DNA from: an uncultured Planctomycetia bacterium
GTDB lineage: Bacteria > Omnitrophota > Gorgyraeia > Tantalellales > Tantalellaceae
Assembly (NCBI GenBank): GCA_964457005.1
Contig: CAYWDJ010000001.1
Span: 1-60,482, forward strand
Direction of reading: 5' to 3'
Length of the DNA: 60,482 nucleotides
In this document: positions 9,401-18,314 of the stretch, piece by piece
How the letters are laid out: every line of letters begins with the position of its first letter
Position numbering within the stretch: the stretch's first letter is position 1
The notes under the pieces: generated by a model
Seen by the model: the letters and a program-made list of their open reading frames with translations, nothing else
Database searches by the model: none
What the model was told of the DNA's origin: nothing
Program-made: the position numbers and the translations under genes

Positions 9401-10925
9401 TAATACCCTCCTGGCCTGACCATTCCGCGACAATCCCCCTGGCCTCGGAGAATTTTCCCTCGTTAAGATAATACATCAGGTCGCCTTTGGTGTCGTCCTC
9501 AGTTGGATTCCAATCGTAAAAAGGTTCTATCAGAGGCTTAAAATGCTGGGCGTAGAAATCTTTCGCATCGGCAGCGTCTTCCACCTCAAATTCGGTCACA
9601 TAGACAACACCCGGATCAGCCACCACTTTTCCCTGATTGCTTTCTATAGTTCTTTCGAGCTCATCTTCAAAGTCCCACCAAGCCTGCCTCTGGACCTTTA
9701 GGTCTTTCCACAACGCCATTTCGCCAACAACATGTGCACCGCTTACCGAGCGCATCATCCGACGATTCCCCTCCTTAGAAATAGCCTGGGCCTTTCTTAT
9801 CATTTTAGGATCCTCGAGGAGTTTCCGCGCTTTAGCCAGTTCTCCGGGACTTTCGGCAAGCCATTTCTTCCACTCGGGCACCTCCAGGGCGAGTTTTTCC
9901 CTGGATTTATACTCCGCCAGTACGCGCTGGAAATCTCCGTCGATAAGCGCCACGTTCTTTAGATACTCGTTGAACTCCGACTGCCCCTGCCTCAGCCGCG
10001 TCTGGGCCCATGCCAGCTGCGCCTGCTTGTTTACATCCTTGATCAGCTTGAGAATACAGTCCCTGATATAGTCGTACTCATTCTCAAGAGCCGCCGCATC
10101 ATCGGCTTTTCGGGTATCTACCCCGGAACCTATAGCGAACCAGCTATAAGCCCAGTCTGACCATGTCTGCTCCGGCCAGTCGTCGTCGAGCACCGTCTTT
10201 ATATATGACTTCACATACTGCCGGGTGTCCTCATCCGTAAATACATATTTCCCGGTAAAATATTCCGCCATCTCCTTTGTCTCTGGAATAAGCGGAGGCT
10301 GGTCGGCATTCAGATTGGCCGTTTTGAACAGCTTCGCGTCTCTGGAAACCTTTTGATATATCACCTCTACATCGGTAGCGGCCTGCAGATCCCACACCTC
10401 TTTCTGGGTTTCCAGCGTATATGCCGCTGCAGCGCATACAAGTTTAGCCACGGGATGCTTGGAAACCTCTGCCGCGACATAAAGCGCCCTTATCGCTGCC
10501 TCATCATAATCCCCTTCAAGTACCATGGTGATCATATCACCGCTTTTCGACAAGGCCTTGTACACGGACTTGTAATTATCATACTTTTTCTGTAAAGCTC
10601 CCTGCCCCATGCCGAAAATGGATTTCGCGTCGACATCCTTCATAGTCGATATGCCAAGATCCGTACATCTTTCCAGAAAGTACCATATAAAAGCCTCTTC
10701 CTTTTCCTCTTTTGTCTCTTTCTGGGTGTCTATATCCATGGTGTTTTCCATGAAATTTATGCCCAGATGGGCTACTACCTCTCCGGTTTTAGCTACGTCT
10801 TGTTTTGAGATCGCGACAGCTTCGCCCGTCATAAAAAAGAACAGCGCTATGGACAACATGCATATCACCGATATTTTTTTTAACGCTTTCATCCTAATTC
10901 CTTCTTGTTTATTTTTCATTTCCAT
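6411..10925 (-). CDS. Large secreted protein of unknown function (1504 aa; the likelier start is ATG 10892)
   Basis: Uninterrupted ORF. Signal peptide MKALKKISVICMLSIALFFFMTGEAVA from ATG 10892 with a GAAGGA SD. Long helical N-terminal two-thirds, a Gly/Pro-rich linker, an NTF2-like module and a C-terminal beta-rich domain. Confidence 0.8.
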   Translation of the reverse strand: MEMKNKQEGIRMKALKKISVICMLSIALFFFMTGEAVAISKQDVAKTGEVVAHLGINFMENTMDIDTQKETKEEKEEAFIWYFLERCTDLGISTMKDVDAKSIFGMGQGALQKKYDNYKSVYKALSKSGDMITMVLEGDYDEAAIRALYVAAEVSKHPVAKLVCAAAAYTLETQKEVWDLQAATDVEVIYQKVSRDAKLFKTANLNADQPPLIPETKEMAEYFTGKYVFTDEDTRQYVKSYIKTVLDDDWPEQTWSDWAYSWFAIGSGVDTRKADDAAALENEYDYIRDCILKLIKDVNKQAQLAWAQTRLRQGQSEFNEYLKNVALIDGDFQRVLAEYKSREKLALEVPEWKKWLAESPGELAKARKLLEDPKMIRKAQAISKEGNRRMMRSVSGAHVVGEMALWKDLKVQRQAWWDFEDELERTIESNQGKVVADPGVVYVTEFEVEDAADAKDFYAQHFKPLIEPFYDWNPTEDDTKGDLMYYLNEGKFSEARGIVAEWSGQEGIRNYYIGGGKLMTPLKETQDKLDKSYDDRIAELKKEEKMLVKEYYDIRKRYLKALSDNKAPEEIGPRTPPDQAARHKQVLNAFIPQFQSNMDKKKVTKELLEKENRQKSICFEAYNMAREVVAVLHFNDKAKIEVLVADCMTMIEEFEHLRDTRRDQYNQFIGNVNEIENDLPMKEVSGKATAYSYSMDETVERAMTTMTSAIAKIESDKYAANYPFTESKDLGSLLGDMQSRADAIRNGITTENVEIRSVIQNYQAWFEGWDMAIKRWQELPEPTSREILEIKVLVGEEEAKAISDGTRQLDMAAKGVSKLKPRMEGDIEAYLRVAHSDTLARQNDADWLESKIREIRWFLDDQVKKKIIKDIGDGYSPNYVLVFKEEEGMAIAYTPYKHYMLKSDLDSYLQKVQSGWNSYPAYQYIRQSAPKVYEQLKKILVLSDVSPAPEENVIARSQDGTLVLWKSTVNDLDGVVSKLKYNDSDIKFEQAIIEISQINGMAGVITSSDTRVKYAATQSYKGYGGDYNNSLGKKYLSILDKLQDVLDKREEYLKKQAKTPTGPQVPGGGPDGPGDKPKGPAGGAPQGPGGTGGLGVRVTPGELSGFYQVYDARVNTISLRDASGDVILTNAEMRQGYIEITGRISTMQRVQKILISENDGRTWNELARNQSIRHQFVPIPNRLYQVLIKVITVDGDEIPIKVFPNINGIMYKDIDYSQLITETVRKISEAYEAKNVPLFSDYISRDFLGNKTYLMEGIRFDFDMFTDIRLVIFINRIDQGGGNFTAETKWDKTQTPRSTLQQQRTSGRTNMVFALEDGKMKIVNLRGNLIYATLSPEVAESSGLPSATVEEIRVAKITRTPVQPGAGETEESGGVSSSLQTKNGSVMNTAGNPKGFDFSSGSQVALNAGDFNYVLTNRFNALGSAQIQDVTGTSTFDSLDIAPLSGYAVFAANMVAGDVFVFITQEGYYGKMEVTSITVVPAVSATIVFRYAVQTDGSKNISTQ

Positions 10926-10933
10926 TTAGGTCT

Positions 10934-11395
10934 TTACATTAACGGATTGTTCCCTTTTATGCGGATTATTTTCCAGGACCCATCCTGCTCCTCAAAAACA
11001 AAAGTAGCGTTACCCTCAGTGAGAACCAACTGTCCTATATTCCTCTGCTGCACCCTTTTCTGCCACTTGAATGTAACTGCAAGGATCCCGTTATCACGCA
11101 TCACTTTATTTATAAAATACTCTATATCAACTACTATTATTTTGGAGTAAGAACTATCTATGTTGTTTATGAGCTGCATACGATCGGGCGAAAAATCATC
11201 CGAAAATATACTCATAAAACGAGGTATTGAAAAATTCCTATAGGCGTTTAATGTCGACCCCACCAGTTCATCAGCAAGCTGTCTCTCGGATACTCCGTCA
11301 TCTTTAACGCGTACGGCCTCGACCCCTTTGGGAAGCACGATCCCTCCGGCCACAACAGCAATTACGACAATACAACCTAAGTATATTTTTTTCAT
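10934..11395 (-). CDS. Small exported NTF2/SnoaL-like fold protein (153 aa)
   Basis: The track ORF 10934..11728 is trimmed to ATG 11395 (MKKIYLGCIVVIAVVAGG...). This start has a GGGAGG SD and lies 13 nt after the upstream stop at 11409. The sequence resembles a module inside the 1504-aa protein. Confidence 0.6.
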   Translation of the reverse strand: MKKIYLGCIVVIAVVAGGIVLPKGVEAVRVKDDGVSERQLADELVGSTLNAYRNFSIPRFMSIFSDDFSPDRMQLINNIDSSYSKIIVVDIEYFINKVMRDNGILAVTFKWQKRVQQRNIGQLVLTEGNATFVFEEQDGSWKIIRIKGNNPLM

Positions 11396-11408
11396 ATATC
11401 CTCCCGTT

Positions 11409-13157
11409 CTAGAAATTACTTGAGACCCTGACTGTAGCCCGGTCCTCCGTATAATTCTGCGAACTGTCCTCATGCTTATAAACATTCTCTTCCAGTCTAA
11501 AGGTAATGCGCGGAGACCGTTTGTCTTTAAATTGGAAGATAAATTCTCCGTAATTCTTCGTATTGGTAAAGTTGCTGGAAGGTCCCGCCGCATCGGTATG
11601 CTGAACATTGTTACCAAACCTGAAAGTGCAAAGTTTATGGAACTCATAAGTACCAAAAAACGAGTTACCAACAGTGACTTCGGGATTAGTATCTGTTTTA
11701 GTGGCGCGAAAATCCAATGATATATCATCTGAGAAGTAAAACCTTCTTCCGAAAAGTTCGGTTTCTATCCCTATATTGCCATTAATGCGGTTGTAGATAT
11801 CCGACCCCGTGAGACTGTTCGCCAGATCTATATACTGCCTGTATTCGTATCCCGTGCCATAAGTTATCCTGCCATTCATAAGACTGTCATTAACGGAAAC
11901 GCCGTAAGTATTGGTCTTGGACTTGAGAGAATCGTTTATATCGTCAGAACTCACATTGAGCAGGTTAACATATGACCTGATCGCAAAACTTGAACTATCC
12001 GTGAATGGTCTAAAGTAGGCCGTCATATATTTCTGGTCGTTTATGGTCCTCAGATTTCTGGAACTTCCCTTCAAATGATCCCAGTACAGGTTTTCAATAA
12101 AAGAAAGCGTAAGATACTTATTCATTCTCCAGTCGGCCGTGAACTGATGCTGTTCTTTATCGGACATGGCAGATCCGGCATCCGTATAAAATTTTGGAGT
12201 GACATAGTAATACAGGTATTTAAACTTAAAGTCATCTATCTTTAAGGTGGGTTGTATGCGAAAAGCTATCCCGCTGCGCAGATCTTCGGTCCTGTCTTTT
12301 TGATCGTTACGGGCGACGCTCTGGGCGAGTTCATACACTACGGAAAAATCCTTGGCCGGTCTTATTTCTCCATCCAAACTCACCACTGAATTATTCATAT
12401 CCTCAGCAGAGGTGACCTTGTCTATACTTCCGCTGTCATCCTGGGAAGTGACCGCCTGAACACCTATCCTAAAAAGAGGAAAATCACTTTCATCCCGAAA
12501 AACATACTCTGCCTTTCCCCCGAACACATATCTTGCATAAAGGTCAGCCGCGTCATCAGCCTCATGCCTTCTGGCCGCCACCATCTTATATCTCTGGCTC
12601 TTATTATGACTTAGCTCTACATTAAAACCTTCCAGGCTTGAGCCAAGAACGAACTGGCTGAAATCTCCATAAAAATCCCCGAACTGCACCAGGTTATCTT
12701 CATTGTAGACTTTAACATCAAACTGCTTCAGTCTGATATCTTTTCTGGGTTCTATCCGCCTATCATCGGTTTTGCGAAAGAAAAACTGGCTCTCAAGATT
12801 ATAATCCGACCATAAGCGCTCCTGTACATTGAGGTTAAGTTCGGTAAGCTGATAAACGCCTTTCCGTAAAAACGATTTACTGCCGTTTCCGGAAACACTG
12901 TTCCAGTTGACCTCCTGGAATATATTCCCCGAAATACGTCCGGAACGTTCGGGGCCATATTCTCCGTAGGACTTAAAATCCAACAAGTCATCTACTCGAT
13001 CTTCCAGGGTAAATTGCTTATTTTTAGCACCTGTCCCTTCGGAACCGATCCCTCCCCCTCCGAGGTAATAGACTTCCGCCGCGTAAGCTACAGGACTTAA
13101 GCTAAAAAATGGTAAAAATAGGATAGTAATTATGGTAAGCTTTATATTTTTCTTCAT
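11409..13157 (-). CDS. Putative outer-membrane beta-barrel protein (582 aa)
   Basis: Signal peptide MKKNIKLTIITILFLPFFSLSPVAYA, an alternating-hydrophobic Tyr/Gly/Asp-rich sequence throughout, and a C-terminal ...VRVSSNF ending in Phe. Confidence 0.6.
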   Translation of the reverse strand: MKKNIKLTIITILFLPFFSLSPVAYAAEVYYLGGGGIGSEGTGAKNKQFTLEDRVDDLLDFKSYGEYGPERSGRISGNIFQEVNWNSVSGNGSKSFLRKGVYQLTELNLNVQERLWSDYNLESQFFFRKTDDRRIEPRKDIRLKQFDVKVYNEDNLVQFGDFYGDFSQFVLGSSLEGFNVELSHNKSQRYKMVAARRHEADDAADLYARYVFGGKAEYVFRDESDFPLFRIGVQAVTSQDDSGSIDKVTSAEDMNNSVVSLDGEIRPAKDFSVVYELAQSVARNDQKDRTEDLRSGIAFRIQPTLKIDDFKFKYLYYYVTPKFYTDAGSAMSDKEQHQFTADWRMNKYLTLSFIENLYWDHLKGSSRNLRTINDQKYMTAYFRPFTDSSSFAIRSYVNLLNVSSDDINDSLKSKTNTYGVSVNDSLMNGRITYGTGYEYRQYIDLANSLTGSDIYNRINGNIGIETELFGRRFYFSDDISLDFRATKTDTNPEVTVGNSFFGTYEFHKLCTFRFGNNVQHTDAAGPSSNFTNTKNYGEFIFQFKDKRSPRITFRLEENVYKHEDSSQNYTEDRATVRVSSNF

Positions 13158-13222
13158 AAAACGGATCTTTCCATTTCACCAGAACGTTTGGGTCCTGATT
13201 TTGTCACTAACAAAGTTGATTA

Positions 13223-13251
13223 ATTATATCACTATTACCGGTAAAAACCAA
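13223..13251 (-). promoter_or_regulatory. Candidate sigma70 promoter of the barrel/NTF2/large-protein operon
   Basis: Minus strand reads TTGGTT - 17 nt - TATAAT, about 65 nt upstream of ATG 13157. Confidence 0.4.
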
Positions 13252-13340
13252 TATTATACATATGAAAACTTCCTCTCCTTAACCGAAAAATATACACTAT
13301 AAAAACGGCTACGATGTGACTCTCAACGAGCCTACCATAA

Positions 13341-13382
13341 AAACAAAAAGCCCCAAACCGTCATCTGATAGCGGTTTGGAGC
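13341..13382 (-). terminator. Rho-independent terminator of the GPH transporter gene
   Basis: Minus-strand hairpin GCTCCAAACCG/CGGTTTGGGGC (one G.U) followed by a TTTTTGTTTTT run. The stem sequence is related to the terminators at 29.4, 58.7 and 60.1 kb, but no tRNA-like core is present. Confidence 0.7.
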
Positions 13383-13423
13383 TTTTGTTATTAAATCATG
13401 TACGCGCAGTCTTTACTCCTCTC

Positions 13424-14884
13424 CTATACCTCTCCTCTTCGCTCTTCAAGCTGCTTACGGATTTCCAGGGTTTTATGTTTTGTAAGCGGCATCCGCAAAA
13501 CAAAAATAATCGCTAAGAGCATACCCGCGATAGGCAGGAAGGCCAGACTGGCACGTATCCCCAATATGGTCTCAGGCAGCTGCACCGTACGATCCCAGGT
13601 AAACCCTACCCAAGACAAAATAAGCCCTGAGAAAAAATACCCCAATGAATTTCCAAGCTTAAGAATGTATGAAGCACAGGCGGTAAAAGAACCTTCTCTT
13701 CTTTCATATGTATTAAGCTCATCGTAGTCAATAATATCGGCACCGATCGAACTATGCAGCATCCAGAGAGAAGCCGCAGCCGCTCCCATCAGACCCGACG
13801 CGACCGTTTGCAGCCAAATAATATCCGGCGTATAGAGGAACCAGGATCCGCCATAACCCACTATACCTATAAGACAGGCTGTCACTACCGCCTTTCGTTT
13901 ACCTATGTGATGCGCAACCGTAGAAAGCAGCGGAACGCCTATAACGCCTCCAAGCATAAAAGCCACACCCATCCAAAACTGCCAGTTATCTCCGACGATC
14001 TTGTCTCCCTGGGCAACATAAAAAACCGTGGCATAATAACCAAGCGAACCCACCATGCTGGTACCTATAATGAAGGAAGCACCCACAACTACCATTTGGC
14101 GGAACGGCTTACACTTCAGAGTCTCACCATACGAGCTAAGAAGGGAAATTCGCTCCTTAACGTTCACAACCACTTTCTCATAGTAACGTTCTTTTGTTTT
14201 AAAGAAAATGATTATAGCAAAAACAGCCATTACCAGACCCAATAGTGATGAATAAACCTTTAACCCCAGAAGCACGTTCTTTTCCCCCGTTCCCGGAATA
14301 AGGAACCAGGCCAGGTTAGTAAACCTGAGCGCGTAAAAATTACCCAATTCAAAGATCTTTTGGGCCATGCTTCGATAGGCCATAATAGAAGTACGTTCTT
14401 CATAATCAGGGGTCATTTCATTACTCAAACTGTAGTAAGGCACAGTAAAAGAACTGATTATCGGAATGTAGATCATATTAGACGCTATCATATACCAGAA
14501 TATCACGGATACACCGAGGAATTTTACATTCGCCCATCCCGGCGATATCCAAAATAAGATCGGCAGCATAACACCACTTAAAATACCGGCTATCAAAATA
14601 AAAGGACGCCGGCGGCCATGTCTGGTACGTATATTGTCCGATATCCACCCCACTACAGGGTCAACAATGGCATCAAAGACCCTGATCAAAGTAAGCGCCA
14701 AACCCACAAGCCATGGTGAAACCCCCAAATACATGTTAAAAAGCGCAAAAGCGACAGAGGGGTATAACCAGAGCCCCCACATATCAACTCCCGTTCCAAG
14801 AGCATAGAATGCCTTGACAGAAAACGGAAGATGATCTCCCCAGGTCTTCTTCTCAACATCATTAATTACTTCAGCTTCTCGCAC
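13424..14884 (-). CDS. Glycoside-pentoside-hexuronide (GPH):cation symporter family MFS transporter
   Basis: GPH signature region DAIVDPVVGWISDNIRTRHGRRRPF, 12 predicted TM segments, 486 aa. Confidence 0.8.
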   Translation of the reverse strand: MREAEVINDVEKKTWGDHLPFSVKAFYALGTGVDMWGLWLYPSVAFALFNMYLGVSPWLVGLALTLIRVFDAIVDPVVGWISDNIRTRHGRRRPFILIAGILSGVMLPILFWISPGWANVKFLGVSVIFWYMIASNMIYIPIISSFTVPYYSLSNEMTPDYEERTSIMAYRSMAQKIFELGNFYALRFTNLAWFLIPGTGEKNVLLGLKVYSSLLGLVMAVFAIIIFFKTKERYYEKVVVNVKERISLLSSYGETLKCKPFRQMVVVGASFIIGTSMVGSLGYYATVFYVAQGDKIVGDNWQFWMGVAFMLGGVIGVPLLSTVAHHIGKRKAVVTACLIGIVGYGGSWFLYTPDIIWLQTVASGLMGAAAASLWMLHSSIGADIIDYDELNTYERREGSFTACASYILKLGNSLGYFFSGLILSWVGFTWDRTVQLPETILGIRASLAFLPIAGMLLAIIFVLRMPLTKHKTLEIRKQLEERRGEV

Positions 14885-14921
14885 TCCGCTACCTCCTTTT
14901 TCCTTTGAAAAAAATCAAAAT

Positions 14922-15899
14922 TTAGCGATTATGACATGCATCTATAAGACGGTCTACGGTTGTGGTAGCTACGCATTGAACCGTATCAGCACCGCCGTAA
15001 TAAAGTTTGATCTCGCCGTCATCTTCTACCACGGCCCCGCAGGTGAACACCACGCTGGGAGTTTGTCCCGAAAGCTCGTATTCCTCCTCCGGTATCAATA
15101 TAGCTTTTTCGCTCATGGCTATAACTTTTGACGGATCCTCCAAATCCAGAAGACACACGCCTAACTGATAAACAAAATGCTGTTTACACTGGGTACGGAC
15201 TCCATGAAAAATATTGAGCCATCCCTCGTCGGTCTTAATAGGGGCGGCTCCCGGACCGATCTTTGTCCAGGCCCATCGTATTCCCTCATAGTTCCTGAAA
15301 ACGCAGCTGCTCTTTCCCCAGAAAACAAGATCAGGAGAATAAGACACCCATAGATCTCCTGTACCGTCTCCGGTATTGGGGCGATCAAGACGCGCGTACA
15401 ATCCGTTGATCTTTTCCGGAAAAAGCACACCGTTGCGGTTATCCGTTTCGGTAATAAACCCTTTCCACTCAAACTTCTTAAAGTCGTCCGTCTTCACCAG
15501 GCTAAGCCTGCAGGTATGACCTGAATGCGCGGCGTGGACTATATAATATTCATCCCCTATCTTAGTCACTCGAGGATCGTAATACATCCCGGTGGTATAC
15601 TCCTTGAATTCAGGATTATCAGTGGGCATCTCTACCGGTTCCGGCCATGGCGTAAAATCATAACCGTCCGCGCTCTCGGCGATCCAAAAACGGTCAACCA
15701 AAGCGGAATCCTCAACCCGGCACACCATTATATATTTGTCATTAAACTTAACTATTCCGGAATTAAAAACATTCTTGATATCAGCTTCAACCGGAAAATC
15801 CTTGCCCGTCAGGATAGGATTGCCCTCATACCTCTTGCATATAGGATATTTACTTGTCTTCACGTTTAAACCCTCCAAATTTGTACTCACTTCTACCAC
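14922..15899 (-). CDS. Glycoside hydrolase family 130 protein (beta-mannoside phosphorylase type)
   Basis: YEGNPILTGKDFP..., NSGIVKFNDKYIMVCRVED, YYDPRV, LYYGGAD: a five-bladed propeller GH130 pattern, 325 aa. Confidence 0.8.
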   Translation of the reverse strand: MVEVSTNLEGLNVKTSKYPICKRYEGNPILTGKDFPVEADIKNVFNSGIVKFNDKYIMVCRVEDSALVDRFWIAESADGYDFTPWPEPVEMPTDNPEFKEYTTGMYYDPRVTKIGDEYYIVHAAHSGHTCRLSLVKTDDFKKFEWKGFITETDNRNGVLFPEKINGLYARLDRPNTGDGTGDLWVSYSPDLVFWGKSSCVFRNYEGIRWAWTKIGPGAAPIKTDEGWLNIFHGVRTQCKQHFVYQLGVCLLDLEDPSKVIAMSEKAILIPEEEYELSGQTPSVVFTCGAVVEDDGEIKLYYGGADTVQCVATTTVDRLIDACHNR

Positions 15900-15921
15900 C
15901 TCTTTCTACATATTTTTTTAA

Positions 15922-16704
15922 TTAGTCTATGTCTAACCACTCTGTGTCAGCCCTATTCCACTCTAAAATTACATGCTTTCTATCTTCAAAAAATTTCCGT
16001 ACCTTACCTTCATCGAACTTCAAGAGATCCTGAAGTATAGGAACTAAGATAGAAAGGGCATTGTCGGAGATTACACTTCTGCGGCAAATATGCCCCATAT
16101 AGGGCGCCGGTGAAACGGTTATTGTATACCCCTGATAGGACTTAAGATGCAGCATAACATGAACGTCACTTGAACCATCTCCTACATATATTATGGCATA
16201 CCTTGTAACATTTTCTTTTTGCTTTAACATATCGAGGGTGGATACTTTTGCATGCCCGGCATTAGTCCTGTCAACGTCCTGAACAATTCCGTTTTCATCA
16301 TAGATAAAAGTCGTGCCGTAGATGTTTTCTATCGGAAAGATGCCTTCCATTGCTTTCTCAACACACTCTGCAGGCGCCGCGGACAGTATATATGTGCTAA
16401 ACTGGCACCCGTCAATTCCTTCAGCCAGGATCTTCATCAACTCGGGAACACCCTTTTTCAGCTCAACCTCTTCCCCAACCTCATAAAGAAGGTCCTTGCT
16501 CACTTTTCCGACATAATCAGGATCCCGAATTATCAAATGTGCGAGCTCCCCACCCAGTTGCACTATATTTTTACGTTGGATGTCTGCTATTTTAAGGTCG
16601 AATTGCTCGGCAGTTATCCCCAGCTTTGCGCTTAAGATATACCCTATATCTCCCGTAGAAAGTGTCTTGTCAAAATCAGAGACAAATAGAATCTTCTTCT
16701 CCAT
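15922..16704 (-). CDS. HAD-superfamily hydrolase/phosphatase
   Basis: DxDxT motif in MEKKILFVSDFDKTLS and a late GDGSSD motif. Start trimmed to ATG 16704, which has an AAGGAG SD 10 nt upstream; the track start at 16713 is a GTG only 1 nt after the SD. Confidence 0.65.
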   Translation of the reverse strand: MEKKILFVSDFDKTLSTGDIGYILSAKLGITAEQFDLKIADIQRKNIVQLGGELAHLIIRDPDYVGKVSKDLLYEVGEEVELKKGVPELMKILAEGIDGCQFSTYILSAAPAECVEKAMEGIFPIENIYGTTFIYDENGIVQDVDRTNAGHAKVSTLDMLKQKENVTRYAIIYVGDGSSDVHVMLHLKSYQGYTITVSPAPYMGHICRRSVISDNALSILVPILQDLLKFDEGKVRKFFEDRKHVILEWNRADTEWLDID

Positions 16705-16731
16705 TTTGAACACACTCCTTTTTCCCCGACA

Positions 16732-16762
16732 GGGATTTGATTTTTACTGTGGTGCGGGAAAC
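16732..16762 (-). repeat. Degenerate relic of the terminator + tRNA-like-core repeat
   Basis: Plus strand gggatttgattttt-actgtggtgcggga versus copy A gggatttgattttt-ggtggaggtgccggga. There are 14 identical nt followed by a decayed core. Confidence 0.35.
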
Positions 16763-17019
16763 CGTCCCGCTCTCGACTATTCCGGCAGTACATTTAATGA
16801 GGGATTAGTGTACCATCTGTGCCTGAAAATGACAATAAAATTTTTGACTAACCGAGCTTTCACTTATCTAACCAACCTCAGAACTGATAGTCTTCCCTCC
16901 TCACAAAAAAACTATGTACTGTAAATCCTGAATGAAGTAAAATGATGGTGCTTATCTTCCTTCACGGCAGGAGCTTTTAGACAAGAAACTACAGCAATAT
17001 CACAAGGAGAACTTTATCA

Positions 17020-18294
17020 ATGGACATTAAGGGCATATTATCAAAAAATCTTGGCATAAACAAGCTTACCGGGCCTTCTTTAATAGATGCCATAGAGCAT
17101 CGCTATAAACACATGCCTGACAAAGAAAAAAGGCATATAAATCGTGCAATTGCCCGTCACGTTATAACAGCCGTGACTGCCGCTAGAGGTATAAAAAAAT
17201 ACGAGGATACAGGGGGAAAGGAATCTTTGCCGAATACTAAGGTGCTGGCGATAAATCACGCCGGCCCCCTTGATATTACGATCAAATGGAAAACTGAACC
17301 GAATGGCACCCTCAAGCTGGTCGAATGCCATATGCATTCAGGAGGAGACCAGGTCAACGTATCAAAGGTGTTCAGCGACTTCAATGAAAATATCGCGCTT
17401 GTAGCACTGGCAGGAAAAGCTGGAGAGAAAACTACTAATGTCTGGGAAAGGAATTTTTTAAATGATAATATAATCCCCTCCCTGATCCGTGACCCTCAAG
17501 AAGACCAACAGGTAGCGATCTTAAACATGATCGACGGCAGTCCCCTGCCCGTAATGTTCGGATGGTCCGATGAACTATCGGAAGAAACCGTAGAGAAGAT
17601 CAATCAGGAAACCCTGTCAATGCTTGAAGAGATGTTCAAAGGAGGATCCGACACTATTTGGATGGTCCTTTCGGCAGGCGGGCCCATACGATATAACCGG
17701 GATCTTGCCTATTACGCAACGCTCGTAAAACAAGTGGAGAATAAATATAAAGGCAAAGTGGAATTTCTGATCGATTTCAAGTATATGTCCGGCCCGGAAG
17801 AAGCTCTGTCAGTGCTGGACGTTCACAGAGACTCTCCTCAGGATATAATTAAACCTAATCTGGAAGAATTCATACAGATCCTGGTCTCAAGCGGTTTAAT
17901 GGAAACCGGTATTCTTGACGAAATTACGATCACCGAAGAAGATGTTAAAAAATACGCATTAAAATTGAGGAGCAAATATAATCTTCTGGGAGTACTAGTT
18001 TCAATGGATAAAGACGGATTGATGCTCGTTATGCGAGATAAGATCATCAGAGAAAAAGGCATCAAGATAAAACAGGCATGTCATATAGCCGCCGGAGATT
18101 CACTTAAAGCGGGATTTATTTACGCTCTTTCTAATGGAAAGTCATTTGAAGAGGCTGTGCATACCGGAAATCTTTTTGGAGCTTCGACGGCCTCTATGGA
18201 AGGTTCTCAAACTGTCACACCCGAAAAACTCGCCGAGACTGAAGCTTTAGCTCAGGCGCAAAATGTAACACCGGAAGTAGAATACCTGACATAA
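17020..18294 (+). CDS. PfkB-family (FruK/LacC-like) sugar/sugar-phosphate kinase with a ~75-aa N-terminal extension
   Basis: AINHAGPLDIT matches the NPxxD start of the 1-phosphofructokinase subfamily. C-terminal AAGDSLKAGFIYAL is the anion-hole/GAGD-like motif. An AAGGAG SD is present. Confidence 0.65.
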   Translation: MDIKGILSKNLGINKLTGPSLIDAIEHRYKHMPDKEKRHINRAIARHVITAVTAARGIKKYEDTGGKESLPNTKVLAINHAGPLDITIKWKTEPNGTLKLVECHMHSGGDQVNVSKVFSDFNENIALVALAGKAGEKTTNVWERNFLNDNIIPSLIRDPQEDQQVAILNMIDGSPLPVMFGWSDELSEETVEKINQETLSMLEEMFKGGSDTIWMVLSAGGPIRYNRDLAYYATLVKQVENKYKGKVEFLIDFKYMSGPEEALSVLDVHRDSPQDIIKPNLEEFIQILVSSGLMETGILDEITITEEDVKKYALKLRSKYNLLGVLVSMDKDGLMLVMRDKIIREKGIKIKQACHIAAGDSLKAGFIYALSNGKSFEEAVHTGNLFGASTASMEGSQTVTPEKLAETEALAQAQNVTPEVEYLT

Positions 18295-18314
18295 ACTCGC
18301 GCCACCGGAGGATG

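Noticed and set aside
10934-11728. 264-aa version of the NTF2-like ORF, overlapping the barrel gene by 320 nt
   Set aside because: The N-terminal 111 codons lie inside the upstream gene in another frame. An internal ATG at 11395 has a GGGAGG SD, a signal peptide, and sits 13 nt after the upstream stop.
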